DNA from: Hydrurus foetidus
Lineage: Eukaryota
Length of the DNA: 49,586 bases
Assembly: GCA_900617105.1 (NCBI GenBank)
Contig: UYFQ01000669.1
Coordinates: 1 to 49,586, forward strand
Reading direction: 5' to 3'
Below, piece by piece: positions 1 to 11,500 of the stretch (positions within the stretch are counted from its first letter, which is position 1; each line of letters starts with the position of its first letter). The notes beneath the pieces are model-generated. The model worked only from the letters and a program-made list of their open reading frames with translations. It was not told the DNA's origin and did not search any database. Both the position numbers and the translations under genes were made by a program.

Positions 1-403
1 CTTATTTGCGTGACAAAGTAATATGCGAGTCTATGGGATTAATTCGCGCTATTTCTTGTTTGGCTTACTCTTAGCCTCTGGTATCTAAACTACAAAACGT
101 ACGTGATTGAGTATTGCAGTAGGAGATCTTTCGACGTATCTCAAGATTCAATGACAATACATGTGCCTACAGGCTATACTGAGCGAATCACTATGACGTA
201 AGTTATCCGGTGCGTTTGTACGTACGGAACTGAGTTCCTCGAACAGTGTGTGGTGAAGTCAAGTGTAATACTTCCTGCTTCCCTATACTTCCCACATTCC
301 TACCAGACGTCGTACAATTGCAATGAACTGAAGTCAACCAAAAATCTTACTCTATCGGCCACCTATTCTGAGGCCCGAAATCGAATCTGCAAAATTACAA
401 CAA

Positions 404-1985
404 ATGAAAGCAATTGGGGACTTGGATAATGATGATCTCCGGAAAAACTTCCATTGGCCATCAGACTCTGATCAAGTATGGAGGCACTTCTCAGACTACT
501 CTCTGGTAAAGATAGCCGCAAACTTTGCAATAAATCTTCTGGTAGCAAAGATATAGCTGATAAATGCACTTTAAATCTTCAGATTGACAAGAAAGGAAAG
601 GTAGTTGAAGATATGCTGGTCGAAGAGGGGTCCTATCGTGCGCAAGGTGCGGAAACTTTAGTACCCTTCGAATAAAAGCTTTAATGATCCCCCAATGTAT
701 CTTTCGAAACATTCGCTCTCCACATTAACACACCATTTTAATTCTAAATTATCAAGGTACATTACTTGCCCGGCCTGGAAGCGACTGTCCATCTCTACAA
801 GATGTGGAGATAACTTTCACTACCTATGCCATCGATTTTGGGAAATCACTACACGATGCTGCTCGAGGTTACTGGGTCAAAGGGACTGACAAGTACGGTA
901 TGTAATGTCTCCCTTACGTGCAATTTATTGTCAGACTTCCCGACAACAGATGAGATATTGACATGATAGCTTATAGTGGTTAATGACGTTTTACTTCACC
1001 AGGTGAAGACGTGTGGTACAAGATGGAGAAGTCTTCTGCGAAGTACATCAAACACTCAGCTCGCATGGAAGCTAAAGTAAACAATTTTCTGCTCTTGCAT
1101 GATACCCTAACGAAAGGGCATCACAAGCAAGTGCATACTCATCCCATCACACAATTAGTCATTTGTAAACTAACCATCATGGAACTACACAGTCATACAA
1201 ATGGTGCATTTAATTTTGAATTTGTGGAAGAGAATTGTGAGTTTGTTCTGGATCACTTGAAGAACAACGTGGATCCCGTGAAGTCGATCAGACTTCTCGA
1301 AAGCATTGGTGCACTCGGAGACGTTCAAAGAAAAGATTTCATCGTCTTATTTCCCGCACTGAAGCTGTACTACAAAAAGGAGGATCTTAAGAAAAAACCA
1401 AAACAAGATGGTGAGTCACTGAAGTCGGAGTCAACTATCCTACCAAGGACTTCTTCATCTGTTTGAATAATTACTCTCTTGATTTTCTCATGACTATTTC
1501 ATCTCTTACATGCCAGTACCTAACCTGAATCTTATCGCCTTCTCACGATTACCAATTCCTCGAATGTAGGAAATGAACATGAATTTGACGGAAATGCTCT
1601 TGTAAAAGTAAACGAGAGCAGAAGAGACAATTCCCTGGGATCTAATACGGATGATAGAAGACCATCGAAAAGAAATAGCACTTCCCCTTCTACTTCCACG
1701 ATTGAAAATAATTCATCTGAGGGAAACCAATTAGATGTGACGAAAATATCCAAGAAGAGATCATTTAGACAAATTGATGGTGTTCCAGATAAAAATTTTG
1801 AAGCGAGTAAGAAAATTCCTGAGATCGAAAATACATGTAAAATTTCCTGGTTAGATACACTGCCAAATAGGAAACTGTTCGAACAAATAGAAATTGACTA
1901 TGAATTAATTTTTGACCGAGTTTTGGGAAGTAACAAATCACCCTTGAAATGCATCATTAAGAAAAAAGAAATTAAACGGAGTTAG
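404..1985 (+). CDS. RFTS (DNMT1-RFD)-like domain protein with no methyltransferase domain; join(404..505,583..646,757..897,1003..1410,1570..1985), ~376 aa; 5' end may extend upstream
   Basis: Four GT-AG introns with compatible phases join one open frame: WRHFSDYSL|IDKKGKVVEDMLVEEGSYRAQG|TLL...TYAIDFG...GYWVKGTDKYG|EDVWYKMEKSSAKY. This resembles the RFTS pattern (F.l.D..G ... y.a.G.l ... IDFG ... WY.l..ps..Y). The C-terminus is Ser/Lys-rich and low complexity. Domain call is by eye. Confidence 0.6.
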
Positions 1986-3324
1986 GATGTGATGTAAACG
2001 GTTTTATCGCTCCGTTCTAGATGCATATTTTTCATATTTGTCGGCATGATACGATCGTATTACATAGTGTGAAGGCGACTTGATGCAGTCTTGTCCCATT
2101 TTTTGTTGTTTATTTGTTTCTTAACGAGTCGTTCCTTATCGATCCCTCGGTTGATCTCCGCGCATTGGCCGTAAATCAACGCGGCGTTTTTAAGTACAGA
2201 AGTAACCTCGGTGCTCCGTAAAGCGATGAAGCTGCAAATGCTACTCCGTGGAGAACAAAGCAGGCCTCGTCTAGTTGGGTGTGATCCATGTTCCATATCA
2301 GCGTCTGATACTTTACCTCCACCGCAACGCATCCCTTAGTCTCGTCTCTTCTCATCTCCTTTGCTGACATCGTTCGCATGGCATTCTGTATCAGTCACAA
2401 ATTGACAATATGATGTGTCTGGAAGTGCATCGAACCCGTTAACTCGAGTCCGATCAATCGAGAAGTCGAACCGTTCCTAACGGGTCAGTGAATAATCAAT
2501 TTACTAAATGAAAATAAACTTGCGCAGAAAGAACGTACGAGAAAAAAATCAACTTAGATCTTTAAAGTTGAGATGAGTGACTGATGCAGCAACACGCATA
2601 TAATGGAGCAATGATCAGTAACCGGTGCGGACAGTTCTAAGTTCTAAGCATCATCACGATTTCATATCAGCTGAATGACGTACTATCGTCATCAACTAGA
2701 TCCTACAAGACATACCACTAGGTGCACAATTGATACGAGTTATATCGAAGAAGCTGTTGCCATTTATGCCACGTAGACCGTGCGTGCTGTGTCGTACAAC
2801 GTTATATAATGACGTGCCTGCGGGAAATATCTACCCTATTCTCTCTTTTCTTAATTAGGGATGAAGACCATGTTTCGATTTGAAGTTTGGATGCAAAATT
2901 GTCTGGACTACCTGCAGTATTCATGAGTGGTAAATCCACCACTTTGATGCATGAATAGGACTTTCATGACCCCTTCCCCACCCCACCACACCACACCACA
3001 CCATACCACACCACACCACACCATCACACACACGTTTCACGTTTCAGGTAGGATCCCGAGAGATATCAGTGATGTCTGCTGTAAGTGCCTTTATTGCAAT
3101 TCGATCAGAAACATTTTACTCTCTGGTTTATGAAAACTTTCTACAGGATCAAATAATCAGATAATTTACATTTAAGGTACAGATAATCTTGAAAACTGAA
3201 TAGCACACTACACTCCATCATTAAAGTGCAGTTCGATGCAAATGTACATTAAGAATATCAATACGCAGTTACGACACTCGTTGTGTCCAAAGGTCTCCGG
3301 TGAAAAATAGAAAAATGAATAAAA

Positions 3325-3391
3325 ATTGATAACTCTATTAAGTGACAACATTATTGATAACTCTATCAAGTGACAACATTATTGATAACTC
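3325..3391. repeat. 28-bp tandem repeat, ~2.4 copies (ATTGATAACTCTATYAAGTGACAACATT)
   Basis: Units at 3325-3352 and 3353-3380 differ by one base; partial third unit at 3381-3391. Confidence 0.9.
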
Positions 3392-3924
3392 GTGGAACAT
3401 TCATTAGATATTGACAGTTGAGTGCTGATAAGTGTCGCGAGCGTCTTTGTAGGTGCTAAAAATGAAACGTCCTTGTTATCCTTGCTACTATGTATCCATA
3501 TAACATACAACACCCATTTATTTCTCATTTTCAGAAGCGAGGATTAAAAATGTTTTCCTTTTATTGAGGTTCATCACAGCTATCCAGCTAGAAAAGCGAG
3601 TTCTAATTTTGCGGAAAGCATGGAATTGCAGCGAAGCTACTGGGGATTACTGATCATAATAACTAATAATTTTATGCACAGTGCAATGATATTTTTGCTG
3701 GAAAGTACCCTAAATTGATGAATTTTCGTCTTTTTAGCTGTTTTTATCGTAAAAAAAATAATTATCAACTGAGCGAATAATTCAAATATCGCGACACTTT
3801 GTAATCGACCAACCAACCTTCAATCGATCACCAATTAGAAAGCACATGGTACCGTTGTGCTGCCTTCAGTGGTGGATACGTAGTCAACGTCTGATGCCTG
3901 AGATCTCGGGTATGTAGTCAACAT

Positions 3925-4515
3925 ATGGCGATATCGTCGCTGCCATCTAAATTGCCTCTTCATCACAACATGGAGATTGTCTTCGGTGCTGCTGAGTATG
4001 GCACCTACGAAATAGCATCAGTCGAAAGTCTAAAACTACTTCGCTTTCTGCGCTTGATCGAAAATGACCAAGAGAGGCGAGAAGTGACGCGTAACGTACA
4101 TCAAGTTATGATGAATGACTGGAGGAAGCATAAAAAGTTCAACAATTCTCTCGCGGGGTTCTTAGTTGATGGCATCCATCAGCCTTTCAGAGAGGACTTC
4201 CACGACGCCATAAAAAGGTCTCCAGCCCCAACGATTAATGTTGGCTTGTTTACTCATCTCAACAGCTCACTGCTTCATCATCATTATTACGAGAACTCAT
4301 CAATATTTCCTGATCTACGTCGATCTGATAAAAGAGTTGCAAAAGAGCTCGACATTCTCGGAAAAGACTACGCCGGTCTCGTGGCATTAAAGCGAAAGGT
4401 TGTAACTGGCTATGATCGATCGGCTCTGCTCGAATTCATCGCCTGTTTGAATGATCATCTCAATAGAAATGAAATGTTGATTATCCCACTTTTAATGGAG
4501 GATGAACATGCGTGA
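3925..4515 (+). CDS. Intronless hemerythrin-like (HHE cation-binding) domain protein, 196 aa, with partly degenerate metal ligands
   Basis: Helical pattern IHQPFR ... HHHYYENSSIFP ... LDILGKDYAGL ... DHLNRNEMLIIP matches the H / HxxxE..xFP / H / HxxxEE..xxP layout of hemerythrin-like domains. Confidence 0.65.
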   Translation: MAISSLPSKLPLHHNMEIVFGAAEYGTYEIASVESLKLLRFLRLIENDQERREVTRNVHQVMMNDWRKHKKFNNSLAGFLVDGIHQPFREDFHDAIKRSPAPTINVGLFTHLNSSLLHHHYYENSSIFPDLRRSDKRVAKELDILGKDYAGLVALKRKVVTGYDRSALLEFIACLNDHLNRNEMLIIPLLMEDEHA

Positions 4516-4893
4516 CTGCTGTTTTTACAGAAAGTTGGTCTTTCTCATATGTGGTTTGAAGTGATCTATGTCTGTAAATAATAGCATTCGTATTCTGTAG
4601 TCCGTATCTTCAGTTCAGGGACCTCCTTCTGTTTGGGAGCTATTCCGACTCGAGAAAGCAATAAAAGGTCCAGTGCGAAGATTCTTTCATGTACATTATA
4701 CAATATGATCAAGCTAGCTCCGGAAACGGATTAGGATTAATGGTAGACGCACAGAGAATGCAACAAGAAAATGTCAAACGATGACGACAAAGTATTAACA
4801 GGCTGGTCGGAATGTTCGTGCGCAGGATATGAAAGTTTCTATGTAATACTTCCAAAGATACAGATGACGAAAAAAAGAGCTGGAGATCAGCCT

Positions 4894-6788
4894 CTATTGA
4901 TCCTTCATTGCTCTTAGACGATGGCCATCGTAAATTGTGAAGTCCTGATTCCTTACTCCATTGCTGTTTACGTCAGTTGATGATTTTGTGCATTCGGGAG
5001 GTCCCCGCATGGGAACGAATCCTCTGAAGGGGCCGGAGTTGTTGTCTTTCTCGACGAATACTGTTGGATATAAAGATGATACAGCTGCAGCTGTCAAGCC
5101 CGCAAGATTGTGCGAAGAGAAGGTGTGTCCTCTCTCAGGCACTCTCCAGTGCGCCTTCTTTTGTGGCGGCGCAAGAGGCGGACTGCAAGCTGCAAGAATA
5201 GCTTGAAGGGATTTCGGTCTCTCCAGTGGATATGAATACAGTATGTGATTGGTGCTCTCCGTCGACTGAGTAGCTTCGCTTCGTCCCTCGTAAATTCGTG
5301 GGGTGTGTGTATACGTTCTGCTAGATGTCTGCGATGAGGTAGGCACGACATGGAAAATTGAGTCGTTTTCCTTCAGAGATGTGGAGTCGTCATCCGAACC
5401 AGAGCTCGAACCCCTGGAGTGGCCGCTGCTGGAATCTCCCATGTGAAGTAAGCTATGAACTGCGGAGCCGCGTCCTTCGCTGCCGCTTCCTTCACTCAGC
5501 GATCCCGTTGACTCGGAGCAAATTGAGACCGTCTTCACAGCGTTTTTCGATATGTGTTGTCGCCACAGAAGTTTTGTTTCCCTATCTTCTTGGACGTGCA
5601 TGTTGATGACTGGTGATTCACTTCCGGTTACGGCGTCGGGTGAAAAATTGTGTTTCCTCTTCCTGTTGAAAGTTGAGGTTGAGGTGGGTTCGACAGCTGC
5701 CGTGCATGAGGAACTAGACGTTGTTGGCTCCGTTGGGGTTGGCTTGCTAGCATCTAGCGGTTCAATTAGGTGACTGATTGGTGGCAGCGAGTCTTTTAAC
5801 GAATTATCTCCCTTGAAAGTGATCTTCGATTCGTTGGATTCATCTTCATCGTTACATGTCCGTCCACCTAAGTCTTGTAGTGACGATATCAGCCCATTTT
5901 GAAGAATGCCGACTTCCTTTTCTAGAGTGCATATAATCTGCGGTGAGGAGGTAACGGTTAGGCTCTGTTTGTTCAGTGAAAGGCAATGTTTATCCTTTCT
6001 ATGGTGACTAAGTACTCACCACTTCCATTTCGTGAGTCATTTTTTTCTTCCGCAGTCGTGTCTGTTTCGCATGTACCCTGTTTTTCTCGCGACGTAAATC
6101 CTCTGGCTCTGTCGGGCTACAGGAGTTCTTATCTTTACTTAAGATCAGAGTTGTTTCTTCGGCGCCTTCGCAAATTTTGTTCAGTTGTGGAGAAGTTATC
6201 TGATTGTTCAGCTTCTTCATAACTTCTGTAACATCGTCGTCACTTTCGATTTGAGAATGTGACTGTTTTGTGCTCGCGTGCGCCGTGAAATTAAAGTTAG
6301 CTTCGAATTCTCCGGCATGTTTCTCAATATTCGACAGAGATATAAGTATGCTTGCGATTGACGTCTCCGATGCTGTGCAATTTAGACGTTTTTTCTGCAA
6401 ATTTTGAAAAATGGACCTCGTTGTTAATCGCTTCTACGCTGCAGTGAAAGGCGCGGCATCCGTTGCATTATAGAAACATGTGACTTACTTCATCAACTAG
6501 TTCTTCGATTCGGCTTTCTAGACAATCCATGTGTGTCTTCTTCCGATCGCGGGTAGACTTCGCATGGAGGCGATTTCTTTCACGGCTGTTGTAGAGATAA
6601 ATGAGTTATTGTTAGATGAAGCGTAGGTGTTGTTTCCCCGTAAGTGGAATCATTGTGCCTAACCATCTGACTAGCCGTTCGCCTTCAGTCATTTTTAAAC
6701 GAGTTGTGCATGTAACGTTGTCTACAGTGTCTTCGATATCTGAGCAGTAAGATCTCTCTATACTTTGGTCGATATCGGCCTCTATCAT
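4894..6788 (-). CDS. bZIP transcription factor with two bZIP basic regions; complement(join(4894..5937,6020..6433,6489..6585,6664..6788)), ~559 aa
   Basis: Phase-compatible GT-AG introns. Basic regions CRERNRLHAKSTRDRKK and RREKNRVHAKQTRLRKK are each followed by heptad hydrophobic residues. Long Ser-rich C-terminus. Confidence 0.85.
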
Positions 6789-7279
6789 GGTCAGATTATA
6801 TTGTCTGGTAGCAGCTCTCGAAGGCTGTGCTCTGTTACTGGGAGGTGGGATGCTGCCAGCAAAAACGCAACGTCGCGTATTTCGGAGATGACTTGAAAAA
6901 TCAGTGCATTTGGGTGCTCTTCTTGAGGAAATGTTCGTGTGCGCGCGTGGCAGGAATCCTTTGCGGGCGTCAAAAAGTGATGACGTTTACAAAATATATG
7001 TGCGTTTGCTATATCTATATTATCCAGAATAATCCCAAAGGGGACTCAATTTGGAATTCTGATTTTACATTTCCGATTTTACATTTTACTCTCGCAGCGA
7101 AAACAGAAAACCGTGTAACTACGGTGTATGTAGCACTATATATGCACATCTCGATCTGGAAGAACATGCATGACGCCCACATAATGCAGAGATTGTTCCC
7201 TCACTTCGATTGGCTTCTCCCACCGGCTACAGTAGAAGGCTAGCAGATTAGCAGCACAACTTATAAACTCGCAACCGCC

Positions 7280-8224
7280 ATGTCTGTCGACCTCCGTGCT
7301 TATGTCGACAGTGTTCGAGACTCGCTGAAGCCTCCTGTATCAAACAAGATTTTATTTGATGGTGACCAAATGAAGGTCATGGTCGTTGGCGGACCAAATC
7401 AACGTAAGGATTTCCATATTGAGAAGGGTGAAGAACTGTTCTACATGCTGATCGGTGATATGGATTTGGATATTGTTGTTGGCGGAGTACATGAGAGGAT
7501 CCATATCAAGGAGGGAGATTTTTATCTCCTACCATCTTGTGTGCCACACTCACCACAACGTTACGCGAATACAATCGGAATTGTCTTTGAAAGGGAGAGA
7601 TTTCCGGATGAATTGGACTGTCTACGATGGTATGTTCCAGATAATACGACGGACTCATGCAGCTCAAGCGAAGTTCTCTACGAGGAAATGTTCCACTGTA
7701 CAGATCTGGGAACTCAAATCAAAGCTGTGATAGAACGATTCAATGAGTCAAACGCTTCCGGGCAAGTAAGTCTCCCGAGGGCTACTGATAGCACAGCAAA
7801 CCATTATTTTCAAAGGAGAGATGAAAAAATGACTACTGAATTTTCCAGCTTCACTCTTGATGAGAAAGTGCAGGAACTGTCAAATAGTATACTGGACGCA
7901 GGGAATATGCCCAAAACAGAAACCCCCATTCATGGAGAGTTCAGAGTTGACATGATCAGCAACAGCTTGCCTATCGCACTTCCATGCGAGATCGGCGGTG
8001 AAGTTTTCTTGTGGCAGCAATCTGGTATAAGTGAGATATATGAATCTGAATTACAGTCTGATAGTCATTTACCTCCGACGAGAGAACCAACTATGCTACT
8101 GATGGCAGGTGAAGTGGTACTATTGAAAAGAAGACTTCTAACCAACAGTACACCTATCCTAGTGTCTCAGAGAGAGCTTGGTGGTGTCCTAGTGTGCGTG
8201 ACCAACTCCTCAATACTTCCTTAG
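7280..8224 (+). CDS. HAAO: 3-hydroxyanthranilate 3,4-dioxygenase (kynurenine route to NAD), bicupin form, intronless, 314 aa
   Basis: LKPPVSNK, VMVVGGPNQRKDFHIEKGEELFY, PHSPQR, DCLRWYV and LYEEMFHCTDLGTQ are HAAO motifs with the His/Glu/His iron ligands. Confidence 0.95.
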   Translation: MSVDLRAYVDSVRDSLKPPVSNKILFDGDQMKVMVVGGPNQRKDFHIEKGEELFYMLIGDMDLDIVVGGVHERIHIKEGDFYLLPSCVPHSPQRYANTIGIVFERERFPDELDCLRWYVPDNTTDSCSSSEVLYEEMFHCTDLGTQIKAVIERFNESNASGQVSLPRATDSTANHYFQRRDEKMTTEFSSFTLDEKVQELSNSILDAGNMPKTETPIHGEFRVDMISNSLPIALPCEIGGEVFLWQQSGISEIYESELQSDSHLPPTREPTMLLMAGEVVLLKRRLLTNSTPILVSQRELGGVLVCVTNSSILP

Positions 8225-8584
8225 TAGATTGGCTTGAACGGAGGATGCCTCTTCAACTCGCAAACAAGAGGAGCCTGAGATGCAAGTATTTGACCGATAG
8301 CAATTATCACATTCCGATCTTTTGCAGATTTCTGGAAATCTGCATTCTTGCGCATTTTGCGATTGAATAACTAGTGTGCATGATCAAGGAGCGGCATGTA
8401 GACACTTCGAAAACTAAATAATTACAGTGGTTGTTGATGTATTTCTCAAATGGCAGCAGTCCCACGCACACATCCACACACCAGGAATTTTGGATGTCTG
8501 CAGAGAACCATCGGTAATGCAATTTGAAATTTTTACGGGCAACAAATAATTTGAAAAGTGCTTTACATCGACCTTGAAAGTTAT

Positions 8585-11500
8585 TCATGCTGTGGATAGT
8601 CTCAGCAAATATCTTTCAAGCTCATCGAGCTCCTCATTAATGTCAGTGTTGTCACTCGCAGCAACCGGTGGAGTCACATTTGTTTTTTCTGATGACATTT
8701 GAATATGTTTTCGAAGAGGATTTTCCTTGTAAGCAGATGCATCCAATGCAACTACACCATTGAACTCCGTTTTCGCACTCGGTGTGCTGGGCTGCGCATC
8801 TTTTCTGTTCACAACAGAGGGCTCCTCAATGGAATTTATGTAAAATTGAAAATCGTCCATTTCATCTGGATTTTCTGACTTTTTCGTGTTTTTCTGTGGT
8901 GTTGTATTCCGCCTCATGGGACTGACCATGTTGGAACTGACAGTCAGACTAGGATTGGTGGACATGACATTGACTTCCAGGAAGTCATCTTCCACCGGAT
9001 AAACGTCCCCAAGGGACATTCCGTAATCCTCATCATACTCCACCAATGCAGTCCCTGAGAATTCGCCTTCCTCTCCCTCTCCCTCTCCTTCATCGTAATG
9101 CGTTCCCTCCGACACTTTGCGCTCACTTCCTAATTCTGTCCCTCCGTCTCCTCCCTCTTTGCTCTCTTCCAATTCAAGCCGATCTATCTGCTGAATGATA
9201 TCCTCGTTTGATACTGTAGGCAACATTACATGTAGGTATGTGAAAAAGACGACATCAAGACGTGAAAGAGGACTGAGAAGGTGAACAGGAGTGCAATTGG
9301 AGAAGAGCGATGGTGATTGTGTTGATGATCTCTGCGATAAATACAGTGCGGTGCAGTGCAGTGTATTGTGGTGAAGTGTAGTGTAGTGTATTGAAGTGAT
9401 GTGAAGTGTAAAGATGTGACGTAGCGTGATGACACTGTACTTCACGCAGGAAGCAAGGCACAACGCTGCAGATCACTGCATTGCAAAAAAATAATATGAC
9501 ATTACATAACATTACATCGCAAAATATTTGGTACTTTTCGCTTTAAAAAAAACTTCATACGTCAACTGCGATACCTATGAACTGTATAAAATGGTTTACC
9601 TAGCTTACCTCCCGAACTGGTGTGAGCTATTTCAGCACTGGATGCTTTCAAGAAGTGACCAGACCCTTGATCGCTGTCTATACTATGCCCCACATCTTCG
9701 GATATGCTAAAATGCCCTTTCACAGAGGAGGAGGCAAATTTTCGAGATCGTTTCTTTTTACTTCGATTTTTCCTCGCTTCAACTGCTTCCCAAAATAAAA
9801 AATCTTTATCTGATGAATCCTTAAATCCGACAGAAGATAGGGGATCCAAGACCAACCCACGGTCAGAGGGGAGGGGAATTAGGGGGGCTACATTCGGTAT
9901 CCGAATATTCTCTCCCTCTGTCTTTTCTATTGTCTCCACTTCTTCCTTCATCTCTACTTTTTTCTCTTCTTCATCACAACTCTTCTCATCTTCGTTTTCA
10001 TTTTCATTTTCATTTTCACTCTTGCGGACACTATTCAAATTACTTTCAGAAGGATTCGAGTTACTTTCAGAAGGATTCGATGGTGTCGACTCTTCATGCC
10101 TGATCGGTGTGAGAGGAGCGAATATCAAATCGATGAAGAAGTCTTCGTGGAACCGTGAGTCGGAACACGCCCCGTCTAAATCGGCTTTCTCGAACCGGAG
10201 TATACCGGAAGTTATATACCTGCACGGTAGCGATGTTTGAGGGGGGTTAGTCATCAGTGTGATGGATCACATGCGAGGCAGCAGTCGTCTCTATCGGTGC
10301 AGCAGAATGCAGTTACACAGTGCACAGTACAGTCTAACGTTCAAACGATGTCAATGGACTCGCAAACAACACATAAAAACATTCCAACGCATCAACGCTC
10401 CACAACAGGGTCTCCGTAATTACACCGTCATCGGTCCACATCTAGCGGCAATAGCAGTACTATACTGCGTCTTAGCTTAGCTTCGCTTAGCTTAGCTTAG
10501 CTTAGCTTAGCTTAGCTTAGTTTAGCTTAGCTTAGCTTAGCTTAGCTTCGCTTCTCTTACCCGGTGTGGAAGGCTGCCCTCAAGATGGAGACCCTGGACC
10601 CAGAAGGTTCCGCATGGCGACAGCGCAACAGCACATCTCCCTGGGAAAGGAAAGGAAGATAAAAAACAGAGAAGTGTCAAAGAGAGCATCGGTATCGGTA
10701 TCGGTATCAGTGCAACGATGAAGCACGGGCAGTTTGGAGAGCAGAAACATTGTATGTGGTGAGCGATTACAAATATTTTCGATGATGCAAACTTCAGAAA
10801 ATTCAAGATAAGATAAGTTAGCATACGCTGGATTTTAGTCGCACAATTTTCACCAAACAAATATTCATTAGATGACAGTGGTGACTCACTTGGACGAGGC
10901 AGTCCAATGTGAATGACGCACTGCCTTCAATGCAACTTAACCACTGCAACTCCTGCCCCTTCCCCGTGTCCGGTTGTGGCTCTCTTTCAGGAAATCGGGG
11001 AGCAGCTGTTGACACTAATTGACCATTTTGAAATATTTGAATGTACGGGCAGCACCCTTGCATGTCTGGGTCTTTGCTGTAATTCGGTATTCTCGTCATT
11101 ATAACCCTTCGGAGAAGAAGGGGGGTAGAAACGGGCTTCAGCCCTCCGAACATGCTGGTGAAGTACTGCACGTACCGCCTCTGAGAGGGAATTGTTAAAT
11201 ATTCAACAGGCACACCTGCGTTACAATATTTGCGTTACAAACAAATCTAAATTACGGCATCTTTTTCTTCTAATCAGGGGAGGGGTTCGCTGCAGTGAAT
11301 ACGGAGCTTGCACTGCAGATTGAAGAAAAGTAGTGACATATGCATGAAGAAGCAGTTAGGTTACCTCGTCTCTCAGCGACGTATTGCAGCGCCTCGACAG
11401 GTGTCGAAAACTCTCCCATCCATGTTAAAATACACGACATCACTGTTGATGTGCGACCTTTACCAGTGAGACAATGCAACACAGCAACATTCTTCTCATC

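Noticed and set aside
2060..2379. Short minus-strand ORFs (90 and 67 aa)
   Set aside because: No recognisable motif or supported splice structure.
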